Assembly: GCA_002269645.1 (NCBI GenBank)
Contig: NIVC01001255.1
Span: 62,001 to 126,000, forward strand
Reading direction: 5' to 3'
Origin: Macrostomum lignano
Taxonomy: Eukaryota
DNA: 64,000 nucleotides
The notes beneath the pieces are model-generated. The model saw only the letters and a list, made by a program, of their open reading frames with translations. It had not been told where the DNA came from and did not search any database. Below are positions 1 through 12,400 of this stretch, piece by piece (the stretch's first letter is position 1; every line of letters starts with the position of its first letter). The translations under genes and the position numbers were made by a program.

Positions 1-1
1 G

Positions 2-3000
2 CCGCATGCCGACAAGCTCGAGCGACTCGTTGCCAAACTTGACGAACTGCGTCAGCTGTTGCGCCGGAAGTGGCGCGAAGCCGAGCAGAAGCTCATTTGC
101 GTCGGGCAGCTCGGCGTCTACCGGAGCGCCGCCGAGGCCACTTTGGAAGGCCTGGAAAAAGCGGCAGCCGCTGCCAAGCGCATCCGATCCTCGTGTGCCC
201 ACATTGCCAGCCAGCAGGCCGCTGAAGACGCCAAGGAGCGGCTGCGGCTGCAGGCATCGGCGCCGGCCGCGACTCGTCTGGCCGAGGGTCGCGAGCTGCT
301 CAAGAAGGTGCGCCGGTTGGCAATGTCTACAGACCCGGCGACGGAGCCTCCGACTAGCGGCCGGGATGACTCGCTGCGTCAGAGGCCGGCCAGCTACGCG
401 GCCGAGCTGGAGTCCCGTTTGACCAGCTGCTCCGAGACGGTGCGGACGACCGAGGACTGGCTCGCCGGGCTGTGCGGCTTCTTTGACTGCTGCGCCGCGG
501 TGAGAGGCCAAGTCTACGCCCGATTTTAGTTGTTAGATGCTAAACCAGCTTAAAAAAGCAAGTTAAAAAATGTGCAATCATAAGTCGTCATCACTACAGA
601 CTGGCTCAATTTTCTCAATATCAATCAACAGATGATGCGTTGGTATTCGTTATGCCTGGAGCAGCTACCGGTTGAACTGCTGGAGCATCATCAGCGAATG
701 CGGCCGGCCCAGTCGCTGACCCTGACAAGCCGCTGGGTGGAGGCAGTCCGGCCGCTGCTGTCCAAGTATCCGTGTCCGAAGCCGGCCCAGCTGGACGAGC
801 TGCGCCAGGCGATGGAGCCGGTTGAAAGCAGGGAGGCGCGGAGAGAGGCGGCGCAACTGCTGCGCAGGTGAGACACACTTGAAACCAATCGAACCAGTGA
901 CTGCCTTGAGGGTTGATGCGAGCATATTCATCTGCGTACTAACCATGTCCAGCTCTGCTTAACTTGCCCATTGGGCTAGTGAACAGCAAAAAATATGTGC
1001 GAATGTCGCACCTTCAAAAACTATAGTGGTCGACGTAGCGCTGAACTTATGGCAAAGACGTCTAACATGAATTTCATGATAAGCGGACCTAATTTGGTGC
1101 TAAATTAAGCATGGCAAAGGTGAAGCTTGCAGTCTCTTACACAAATTTTAACGCCTCAGCCAAACCCACTCCAAATCGCAGAGTGGAGCTGCTGATTCGG
1201 CTGCTGGACAAGCGGAGCATCACAGTGGGCGAATTTCGCGAGTTGCTCGATTGGCGCAACAAATCTGCCTCGTCGCAGGGCGACCCCGACTTGGCCGGCC
1301 TCGACCCAGGGCCTGGCGATGGCTCTTTCGGCGACGCGCAAGACGGCGGCGACTTCTTCGAGGCCGAGCTGCGCGATCTGGAGGACTCGATTTCTCAGCA
1401 CAATGCTCAGCCCGGCGCTAGCGGAATCGGCGGTGGAGGTGACACCGGCTCGAACTTGACCACGGGATCCTCAGACACGCGCAAGTACAGGAAGAAGCGA
1501 GAAACCAAGCCACAGCCGCACCAGATGCAGCAGCCGCCGCAACAGGCGCAGCAGCAGCCCGCAGTTCGCGAGTACCGCCCCCGATCGAATCTGGGCGTCG
1601 AAATCGACGATGAAGTTCGTGGAGGACCGCATGGTGTTTCGCTGGAGTCACAACCCAAGGCCGAGACTGTGTGGAAGTTCCTCGAAAACATGGCCAGTCC
1701 GCACTCGTCGGATTCCCTTCCAGCTTCATACAGGACCGATGAGAGAGACGACTCACTGAACCAGCCGACATCGTCACTTGAGTATCCATTCGGCAGCTAT
1801 GTCAAGCGCGACAACCCCGCCGCCGCGGCCGCGGCCAATTCCACTCGATCGGCTGCTCAACCAACCAGCGGAGTGCAACCTCGAGCAGCTGGTGGGCCCA
1901 GATCCGCTCGCAGCCTAGGCAGTGGGTCCCATGGTGCGCGGTCGCTGTCTGACTTAGTTGGCGAGCTAAAGGAGCTTGGCGATGCACTGTTCAGCGGCGG
2001 CGGCAAGCAGAAGCAGCCGCCGGTGTCACGAAAGCAACAAAAAGTGTCAAAGCAGCAGCAGCAGCAGAGAATGCGACCGAGTGGTGATTATACCGGCTCT
2101 TTACCAATGAGAGGCAGCCGCTCTGTGGAGAACCTGTTCGTTAGTCCGGAAGGCGACCCAATGCGACGGGTGGCCACTCCGAGGCTTCTTGGTAACTCAA
2201 ATGCCGACGTTTCGGCGACGCTGCCCTCGCGTGCTGCATCGGAGAGGCTGCTCCTGAATGAAAACGACGATGCAATATGGGATCCGCCGCTGGCGCCGGA
2301 GGAGTTTGCACTGCTGGCTGCGGAGCCGCCACTGCCAAGCCAGAAGGCTGCTGGACCAGCCGGTAAGAAAGTGAAATCGGACAGCGGGTTGAGCGCGGTC
2401 TCAGCAGTGGATTCGGCGCTGAACAACTTCCGTCAGGATCGACAGGACAGGGAGAGACTAGAACGTGACCGGCGTCTGCAAGAGTTGCTGCAGGAGGCTG
2501 ACAGGAGTCTGGCTCAGGCCGAGGACAACCAGTCTGACTCGGGACTCAGCGACCACACAATGCCGCGCTCTGTGATCGACTTTCGCAGCCGGGCCGCTTG
2601 GGGCAAGACCAAGCCAACGATGCAACAGCCAGCACCAAATCCGGCGACTCATTCTTCTGCCACCGCCGCCGCGCCGCCAACTCGCAATCAAGACAGCGGC
2701 AGGCCCAGCTCCGAAACAGATGATGTCGACCAAATCATCAACGACATTCAAGATATCACCACCGGACGGTATCCTAGACAAGAGCAGCAGCATCCGCTGA
2801 ACTCGCATCATCCTCACCCGAGTAACCAACTGCTGGCACCTCCGAGACGAGGTCGCGCATACAGCGACTACGAGTACGATAGCAATGACTTGGCGACTGA
2901 GCAGCAGCTTCGGCCGCCGCAGCAGAAAGAGCAGCCGCAGCAGCAGTCCAGGCAGCAGCATCCGCAGCGGCCACCGTCACAGCAGTCGTCGCAGTTTCGG

Positions 3001-3258
3001 CGCCACACGCCGTCTTTGACGCGCATGTCGGACACGGACTTGGCCGGCGGCGGACTGTCCGGATCGCCTTCGCCGTCGTCGTCATTGCTGCAAATGCGGC
3101 CGTCGCGGCACTCGGACAATTTCCTGCTGAGCGCGAGGAGCCGCCGCATCCGGCGCCAGATCGCACAGCCCTCTGCTGGTGTCGCCGCCGCCGTCGATTC
3201 TGGAAGACGACTCGGACGGCCACTCTGGAGGCCTGCGCCGGCCACAGCAGCGGCATGA
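2..3258 (+). CDS. 3' part of a large coiled-coil (possibly spectrin-repeat-like) protein with a long Q/S/P-rich disordered tail; 5'-partial
   Basis: Frame open from base 2. Exons <1-499 (GCG|GTGAGA), 632-867 (CAACAG|ATG ... AG|GTGAGA) and 1182-3258 (CGCAG|A GTG GAG) have matching phases 0 and 2. The true end may be 3439 (see finding). Family not recognised. Confidence 0.7.
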
Positions 3259-4786
3259 GCAGAGGCCAGATAGCAGCTATCTCAGCGTGCGGAGGTACAA
3301 CCGTGACACGCCGGATGCTATCAATCCGCTCAGCGACGGCGAACTGCAGGAGCGTTACCAAGGCAACGGGGGGACAGCCAGGCACCAGCAGAAACAGCTT
3401 CAGCAGCCAGAACACACAGGAAACAGTGTGTTTTACTGATATTTTTAACTGTATTCTACTAATTCGGTCCTAATATTATGGGGCACTTCTCCGATACTTT
3501 AATATTGTTCGTAATCTTCGTTTTCCGATTCAAAATAATTGTTGCCGCGAAATCAGAATGCTTTTCGTAGTTTCCTGAGCGAGTTCATACGAGTCGCTGC
3601 TGCACTGTATATTGTAAAAAACAATGTTTCTGCGACTACATATTTATTGGCAAACACGATAGTGCTTTAAATCCAATGTAATGTTCCCATCAAATCAACT
3701 TTGAAGGTTCCCAGTTTTTTCCACATAAATTGCCTATTCTTTCCATTTGCAAAAGGAATCCGGAAAATATCAAATGGCCCATTTTTTCATGACTCTTCAG
3801 CGCCTTGATAGGACGGCATTAATCTACTATACTGTTACCTGCTTCTGCTCCCAAAAATATACAGCAAAGATATTTAAAAAATAAAGACTAAAACGTTAAC
3901 TTACATCATTTACTGTGCTTATGCAACCAATGACTGCATGTGTTTTAGTAACCGGATGCATGCAACGACTACTCAGCAGGAAAGTACGTGAGCCCAACTT
4001 CTTTGGCCTCTTTTCCTGGGCTTTATCATAAAGGGATTATATTACCTATTCAGATAAACAAATCCAGCAGATTTGCCTGCTGCATGCACTGCCTACCCTG
4101 CCCATCAAAATCTATTAAATTGCACAGCTAAGAAGCTGAGATTGTTTCGGGCTTACGTCGTAAATGTGCATGTCCGTAGATCCGAAAGGTTTTACTTATA
4201 TTTTCCCTGCACTCCTAGGTCGATTGCCTCAGCACCTATGATTATGGAGTTGGGAACTGCTCTCTATAAATTACACACATTTTATCAGTTACGTCTGCTC
4301 ATGCATGTAGTGGCCACAACTGTGACTCACTGCTAGTTTACTTTTAGTATTTTAATTATTAAACGTACATGTTAGGAGTACAATGCAAAAATTTGCATCT
4401 TATTTTTATATGCGATTTTTATTTCTGCCCTTCAGTTTTTAAGTTCTAGAGATATTTAAATCCATATCGATATCTACGTAACGGGTGTCCCAAAAAGGGT
4501 AACACTTTGTGCGCTAACTGTGCGTAATCCGTTTTGCCTATCACCCTGTAATTCAACAGTTCGACAGAAAGCATCTGTAATTATTGAGTTATTGAGTTAT
4601 TGATTTTTATACGGCAAAGATTGTCTGTGGCCGCTGTCTATGGCAAAGTTTGACAGAAAATGAGCAAGCGTACAATTCTAAGCTCAATAACTCGCCTCCT
4701 GAATAAGTTTTTGCGGCCGTACATTTTCTGGGGAAAAACTTACAGATGTTTTTCTATCGAACTGTTGAATTACAGGGTGATAGGCA

Positions 4787-5067
4787 GCACGCGAAGGCGT
4801 ATTCAGCATGCCAGTGAAGTATGAGACAGACTAGGCCCATGGGCCAAGGTCTGCGATGCTTCACGCCTGCCCCTATCTTCAGCAGGTCAAGGCTGGTGGG
4901 AGGTCTGCACCCTCTATTTGCCTCTGGCAGCCGCAGACCCCCCCCCCCACGCTGTCTCGCAAGTCGACCCAGGGTACTCGTCCCCGCGTGTGTTCAAGGC
5001 TGCTGGACAGACTGGGCTCCGGCGCTGGCGACCCTATCCAGTGGCTTCGGCCGAATTTGGGTATGCG
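4787..5067 (+). ncRNA. Candidate HDV-like self-cleaving ribozyme
   Basis: P1 GCACGCG(4787-93)/CGCGTGT(4985-91); P3 GGG/CCC around L3 TACTCGT; P1.1 AC/GT; 11-bp P4 (4997-5007/5037-5047); J4/2 CGAA (5052-55); P2 ACCCA/TGGGT. Folded by eye. Confidence 0.65.
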
Positions 5068-5413
5068 GGTCTGGCTCGCCAACCTGCAGGCCGTGGTACT
5101 GCTCAACGTACTCTCTAATGCCTAAGGTGTTGACCGTGCCGATGGGCTGGAAGGCCGGGGAGTAGTCCGGTCGCTAGCGGTCCCCCTCCTGGTGTCGGGC
5201 CAGCCTTGAGGGTTCTATTGGCCTACTGCCTGGTCAGGTGGAGCGGCCGGGTGGGTACCGCGCCCCTTTGAGGGTAGCCCACCAACCTTTATCATGGCCT
5301 TCGAGCCGACTATGGAAAACCGTCCATAGCGACGCGTCGGCCGTTCAGGGACTAGCGGAATGGGCGCTGTGTCCCCTCCGGGACAGCCCTGCAGCTAAGT
5401 CAAGTAAGTAAGT
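4787..5413 (+). mobile_element. Short non-autonomous non-LTR retroposon (RTE-like/SIDE-like), 627 bp
   Basis: Perfect 14-bp target-site duplication CAGGGTGATAGGCA (4773-4786, 5414-5427). GC-rich, structured body with a 3' stem-loop and a (TAAG)n tail. No credible ORF. Confidence 0.85.
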
Positions 5414-5629
5414 CAGGGTGATAGGCAAAACGGATTACTCGCAGTTAGCGCACAAAGTGTTACCCTTTTTTGGGACACCCGTTATACGATCAATAATTTT
5501 TCTTGCCTAAATGATCTGAGTTATAGATATAGAAATAATATGCTTGAAGAATATTTCTATGCTTGAACTATATATGCTTGAACTATGATGATTTTCCCGA
5601 CGCCAATTCCGCAACCAAATAATAAAAGT

Positions 5630-5723
5630 ATACTGCTACTACTACTACCTACTACTACTATTACTACTACTACTAAACTACTACTTCTTACTATACTACT
5701 ACTACTCTACTACTACTACTACC

Positions 5724-5768
<45 letters not shown>

Positions 5769-5772
5769 TTAA
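5630..5772. repeat. Compound (TAC)n/(AAT)n microsatellite
   Basis: Directly visible trinucleotide runs. Confidence 0.9.
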
Positions 5773-6433
5773 TAATGCTGATACTTCAAAGCCATGTCTT
5801 ACTAGAACTCTAAGAATAAATCCCCTGCACAATTTTAACCAACTTCCGTGAAATATCTTGCTTTGAGTTGTAATCGTGTACCTAAATAGAAAAGTACTAA
5901 TAATACAATTGAAGAATAAGCTAAAGACATAAAAAGTAGAATAAGCAATATTCAAACCAATACGTTATATTATTAACTCTTAAAAGAGAGCCAGAAATAT
6001 TTTGCCGTGAATTTTTTTATTAAAATGTTGCTCTGTTTGATTTTTATTTGTCGTGGAAGTTTTCTAGGAAATCTTGTCTAGACTTTTCACAAGGAATTCT
6101 GCAGCTTTCGCGCGTACTCATGCTTTAAGTTACTTGAAAAATGAATGCTTCAGAAAACTTACACTGATAATCGCAGTGAAAGCGTTTACATTTCTTCTAA
6201 CTCAAGGTTTTCAGAACTATAATTGCGAATATAAAAATAAAAATACTACTCTACCTAGATACAAGCTCCGACTCCGATAAAGACTTAAAGTTTAATCGTT
6301 ATTCGTTTTTTAGATCGCCGGTTTAGTAGTCTAAAAGCCTACATACCTAAGCCTAAGCTTTAATTTTGCCCATGTGTACTGCAATTTCTACTTGGATGCT
6401 GTCAAGGTTTTCATTTTCACCGTGCCAATTGCA

Positions 6434-9400
6434 ATGAGTTTCTGGCCTTTTAGTACACTCAATGGCTACACGCGTGCCCAAACTGTCTCAAGTAGTCCAG
6501 ACAATTCCACCGTTTTTTACTTTGGACCCAAAAATCCTAACCGAAAGAAAAAGCGGAAATCTAAAAACTCGCCAGACCATTCTGCTTATCCACAAAACAA
6601 TCAGGATAATGCCACATCAAGTAGATATGAACATGAGTTGCTTATTGTAAAAAAGCAAGATCGTTTTGAATATTATCGTGTGCCTTTATTAAAGAATGAA
6701 AATCTTCATACTGTTGCCATGAAGTATGGATGCTCGTTAGTAAATTTAGTATTTTTTCTATGGAGTGATTTATACTTTCTATTTTTTAATCCTAACTTCT
6801 GTTTGTAGTTTCTAACAAAAATTCAATAGTTGGCTTTAGTTTCTTAGTTATAATTTCTTTTTTATTTTTTTCTTCCTTTTCTATGGAGTATGTCTATCTG
6901 TTTACTTTCTTATCTTTCTTATCTTATAATCTTTCTATTATTCTTTATTAGTCATTGTTTTACCTTTTTCATTTTAGGAATGGGTCAATTTCGTGACCTA
7001 AATAGGCTAGTTGGCCTCTACTTGACTAGATTAGCCATGTATTATGTATTTGTATACATGTTTATAAGCTAATAGCAAATTAAATTATTTTTTTACTATT
7101 TAAATGTTTTTTTATAAATAAACCATAAAAACAAATTTTATACAAAAAAAATATTGATATTTTATAGACTGTAGTCCAGTGTTAGGCACTAGTCCATTAA
7201 TCAGTAAGCATTAATCTGTTAATAAGTGTTAATAAGCATTAAGATTTTTCATTAACATTAATGGCAATGTCAATGACCAACAATACAAAGAAAAAACAAA
7301 AATATGTCTAATGAGAAGTTATAACATTACAAATGTTTTTGAATTTACCTAAGTGCCTTATTCATCTCTGTTTATAACAATGATCATGCAAATGTAACAA
7401 CTTATTAATGAACTTTAATAAAGAATTAAAATTGTGAAATTTATTGCTCTCATGTAAACATCAATCACTTTGATTCACTTCTTTAACAATCTTTTGTAAC
7501 TTTCTACTACGCCTGCTAATGCTACTAAAGCAACCTTCCTTTTTGTATTTTATTATTAACTAATTAGCTTAGTTAGTTAATAATAATCTAAGCTAAGCTT
7601 AATTAGCTTTAGCTTCAAAAATTACTTTTTACCACATATATACTTTTAGTAGTATTATGTGTACAAGTTTTTTTAATTATTATTTATTACTTTTTAGCTT
7701 GTAAATCGCTTAGATGACCCCTGTGTTTTGCTAAAAAAATGGAAAAGCAAACACAGTGAATTATGAAGTCTGTTTTGGAAAAAAAGTGCAAGATTTATCT
7801 ATTTTGTGAGTTAGGCCTAACTTTAATGGATTAACACTTATTAAGGATTATCAGTTAATTTTCAGTTAACTTTAATGAAATTAAGAGTTAATAAGTTAAG
7901 ATTTTTTGTTTTAATGCTAATGTTTTTGCTATTAACAGAAGTTAAGATTTTCATTAATGGTGCCCAACACTGCTATAGTCTATAATGACAACTAATGGCA
8001 ATCACTATAATAACTTTAAATTATAATAAATATATAACTTTGCTATATCCTAACAAAAATTAGATAAAAACTGGAGCAAAATTTAGATGACCTCTGGACA
8101 AGAGTAGTTTTTTCATCCAGAAATTGATCCGGTATTTCATCCACTCATTTCTCTACTGTTTAAGATGGATCAACCAGATCAAATACCAGATTAAATTTTA
8201 CTTATATCCTCCCTACAGTTTTGAGTCAATATGGTTTATGTAAAGCAGATTTTCTATTCTAAATAGTCATGGAGATTATAGAAGGAGCCTCCAAGGGAAA
8301 ACTGATGGAAGATGACCCCATTATACGATGATCCCCTTAGGCAATCTGTGGCATATACCTAGTTAGCATCAGAAGATGAAGCACACTAGGTAGATGCATC
8401 CAAACAGGTTGTTAACATATCAGAGCTGGATGGGACTAACAACATGCTGAACCTAATAGTTTGCAATTAATAACATAAGAATTTAAAGTTAACTAAAAAG
8501 TAAAATTTTGTGGTCCCCTTTGGTGTCCAATTTGGAGCCCTTAATCTGTAGTGTTAGTCTATATAATGGTTTATCTCTTAATCTGTGGTGGAGCCCCCAG
8601 TGTGTACTGTTAGCAATCTATGGTGGTTTATGGAATGTATAGTAAACAAAATATATGGAATGGATGCATGGATATGGAATATTTTGCCAGGTGTGAATTT
8701 TGAAGCCGGAATAACTGCACTAGACTGTGTTATGTGTTTCCCATTTTTTCATTTCTTATTAGTAATCAATTTTATACTGCCAAATCTATCTCTGTGTCTA
8801 TAGAGATCTGGCTTTTTATCTGGAAATTCACCCAGTGTTCTATCCATTAAGAAACCCAGTTGTGTTGGTCCAGTTTTTTATCTGGATATTCACCGCATAT
8901 TTCATCCTGCACTGCTGATCCAGATTTGATCTGGTTTGTCATCCGCATTTACATCCACTAAAAACTGGAGATTTTTCCAGATGTACCCCTGGAGCTAGAC
9001 CCAGATGAAAGTACTCAAAATTCACACTTTCATCCAGAATGTTAACAATTCATCCGGCTTTTGTCTGGCATTTTAAATGGGCATTTTATATTACAAACTG
9101 GATGAAAATCCAGATTTATGCCTGGAGAAATTGGCGGATGATTGGGCCAGGTGGGAAATATAATAGTCTTAGCAGTGAGATATTTGCTCAAAATTTTAAC
9201 GAAATAGGTTTATATATATTAACACAATATATAATATATATTATTATATCTTAACCAATCATTGTCTGAACCAAAGATACTAGAATAACTAGATGGTCCA
9301 CTCTGCCATATATACTTGGCAAAACAGCTTTCTACTTTCAGTTCAGTAGCAAAGAAGAATACAAAAGCTATTTTATAATAATAAGGCAGCTGAGATGACT

Positions 9401-12400
9401 TCAATAAGTTTAGAAGCCAAGCTTGCAGATGTAAACAGCTTGCTAATTAGTTCAGCCAAAATGTACATTAGCCACTGAAATGTACAGGGCAGATTCAGGC
9501 TGGAACAACCAAAGAAGGTAATAAAATTAGGTTGTGGACGGGGTTAGAGGTTCTATGAGGAGCTGGAGGGTTTAATAGCTTGGGGGGGGTAAGAGCCAAT
9601 AAATAAGCTTTGTTTTTAAAAATACATTAAAATGCTTCTGTTTAACTTACTACTGAACTGAAAGTAGCTGGCTCGCAAATGTGCCGAGTGGCCTATCTAG
9701 TTATTCTAGTATCTGTGGTCTGAACTAATATAGCTAGTTATTAAAAATACTATTGTTCTATAAATATGATTTTTATTAGAGCCAGAATGTCAAAAGGACA
9801 TCTTATTTTTTACCCTCTATTATAGCTAAGCCATGTTCATAGGCTCAAATGTTGGGATCAAAGCCCCTATATGTTTATAACACTAATCTGAATCTGGCTA
9901 ATAGAAATGACTTAATATCTTAATATTATAATATTTAATCTTTATGCAATATTTATGATTATAAGCTTGGCTTAGGCAATTTATTTTTATAACCTATCAC
10001 AATTCTGGTAGTAATATCAGTTAAAGAAAAAAAATTTTTTTTTTGGTGTTTCATAGTAAAGAAATTTATCATATCTCTCTAACTGATAGTATTTATTTTC
10101 CTCACAGGTGTGGGAGCTAAAGCGAGCCAACCACCTCTGGGGACTGCAGGATGTTCACGCACTGCCCAGTTTAGTGATTCCTGCTCCAAAGAACAGCTAC
10201 AGAGCGGAGCTGCTAGCAAAGTCTGGAGGCCGGCTAGTAGGTGAGAATCAGCAGTCTCTGCAGGCAGGTGGCAGTCGCGATCCAGATGGTGCTGATGAGG
10301 ATTTGCAGGACACGTCTGGCGACCTCGCCAGCGGTGTGTTGGAAGTCGGGTCTGCCTCTGCGGGAGCGACTGGCAGTGACGACCAAAGACGGCCGGTAAA
10401 AATTCTTTGGAGATTCTGCCATGCTGACAGATTTATCAGATTTCCCAAAAAACTTTGGGAGATTTTCTCTCAAGTTTGCGGATTTCAGTGCATTTTGGGG
10501 GGTTTTTGTGAAGTTTGAGGATTTCTGTGAAGTTTAGGGATTTCTGTGTAGTTTGGGGATTTCTGTGTAGTTTGGGGATTTCTGTGTAGTTTGGGGATTT
10601 CTGTGAAGTTTGCGGATTTCTGTGTAGTTTGGGGATTTCTGTGTAGTTTGGGGATTTCTGTGTAGTTTGGGGATTTCTGTGTAGTTTGGGGATTTCTGTG
10701 TAGTTTGGGGATTTCTGTGTAGTTTGGGGATTTCTGTGAAGTTTGCGGATTTCTGTGAAGTATGGGGATTTCTGTGTAGTTTGGGGATTTCTGTGAAGTT
10801 TGGGGATTTCTGTGTAGTTTGGGGATTTCTGTGTAGTTTGGGGATTTCTGTGTAGTTTGGGTATTTCTGTGTAGTTTGGATATTTTGTGTAGTTTGGGGA
10901 TTTCTGTGTAGTTTGGGGATTTCTGTGAAGTTTGAGGATTTCTGTGAAGTTTGGGGATTTCTGTGTAATTTAGGGATTTCTGTGAAGTTTGGGGATTTCT
11001 GTGAAGTTTGGGGATTTATATGCAGTTTGGGGATTTCTGTGTAGTTTGGGGATTTTGTGTAGTTTGGGGATTTCTGTGTAGTTTGGGGATTTCTGTGAAG
11101 TTTGGGGATTTCTGTGAAATTTGAGGATTTCTGTGAAGTTTGGGGATTTCTGTGTAGTTTGGGGATTTCTGTGTAATTTAGGGATTTCTGTGAAGTTTGG
11201 GGATTTCTGTGAAGTTTGGGGATTTATATGCAGTTTGAGGATTTCTGTGTAGTTTGGGGATTTTGTGTAGTTTGGGGATTTCTGTGAAGTTTGAAGATTT
11301 CTGTGTAGTCTAGGGATTTCTATGCATACATGCGCAACTGCTGGCCGACCTGGCCGATCCGGCCACCGTAAATCGTGGCTGACCAGAGGTAAGTCGCAAA
11401 ATTGAGTCAACCAAAAACAGAAAAACACAAGAACCAAGAAAGGCAAGAGGAAAGCGAAAGAAAGAGCAGTTCAGGGAAAATGGTGAAGCAAAAGAAAAAC
11501 AATTCGCAAAAGAAGCAAACTAAGTTGTAAAAATAATCAGGTAAGTCGCAAAAAGGATCAGGTAAGTCGCAACAGGAATCAGGTAAGTCGCAAAAGGGTT
11601 AGGTAAGTCGCAAAAAGGATTAGGTAAGTCCAAAAAGGATTAGGTAAGTCGCAAAAAGGATCAGGTAAGTCGCAAAAGGGTTAGGTAAGTCGCAAAAAGG
11701 ATTAGGTAAGTCACAAAAAGGATTAGGTAAGTCGCAAAAAGGATTAGGTAAGTCCAAAAAGGATTAGGTAAGTCGCAAAAAGGATTAGGTAAGTCGCAAA
11801 AAGGATTAGGTAAGTCGCAAAAAGGATTAGGTAAGTCCCAAAAAGGATTAGGTAAGTCGCAAAAGGATTAGGTAAGTCGCAAAAAGGATTAAGTAAGTCG
11901 CAAAAAGGATTAGGTAAGTCGCAAAAAGGATTAGGTAAGTCGCAAAAAGGATTAGGTAAGTCACAAAGGGTTAGGTAAGTCGCAAAAGGATTAGGTAAGT
12001 CGCAAAAAGGATTAGGTAAGTCGCAAAAAGGATTAGGTAAGTCACAAAGGGTTAGGTAAGTCGCAAAAGGATTAAGTAAGTCGCAAAAAGGATTAAGTAA
12101 GTCGCAAAAAGGATTAGGTAAGTCGCAAAAGGGTTAGGTAAGTCGCAAAAGGATTAGGTAAGTCGCAAAAAGGATTAAGTAAGTCGCAAAAAGGATTAGG
12201 TAAGTCGCAAAAGGGTTAGGTAAGTCGCAAAAGGATTAGGTAAGTCGCAAAAAGGATTAGGTAAGTCACAAAGGGTTAGGTAAGTCGCAAAAGGATTAAG
12301 TAAGTCGCAAAAAGGATTAAGTAAGTCGCAAAAAGGATTAGGTAAGTCGCAAAAGGGTTAGGTAAGTCGCAAAAGGATTAGGTAAGTCGCAAAAAGGATT

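Larger units (their letters stand above)
4481..5482. mobile_element. Tc1/mariner-type MITE (~360 bp without its insert)
   Basis: About 100-bp terminal inverted repeats starting ACGGGTGTCCCAAAAAGGGTAACAC, flanked by TA at 4479-4480 and 5483-5484. The right TIR is split by the 4787-5413 insertion. Confidence 0.85.

Noticed and set aside
1156-3415. Many overlapping antisense or alternate-frame ORFs over GC-rich exons (also 52-56 kb and 60-64 kb)
   Set aside because: These are expected shadow ORFs of GC-rich coding sequence with no independent motifs.
8040-9170. Region rich in ATCCAG/CTGGAT motifs, possibly another MITE
   Set aside because: No convincing termini or TSD could be identified.
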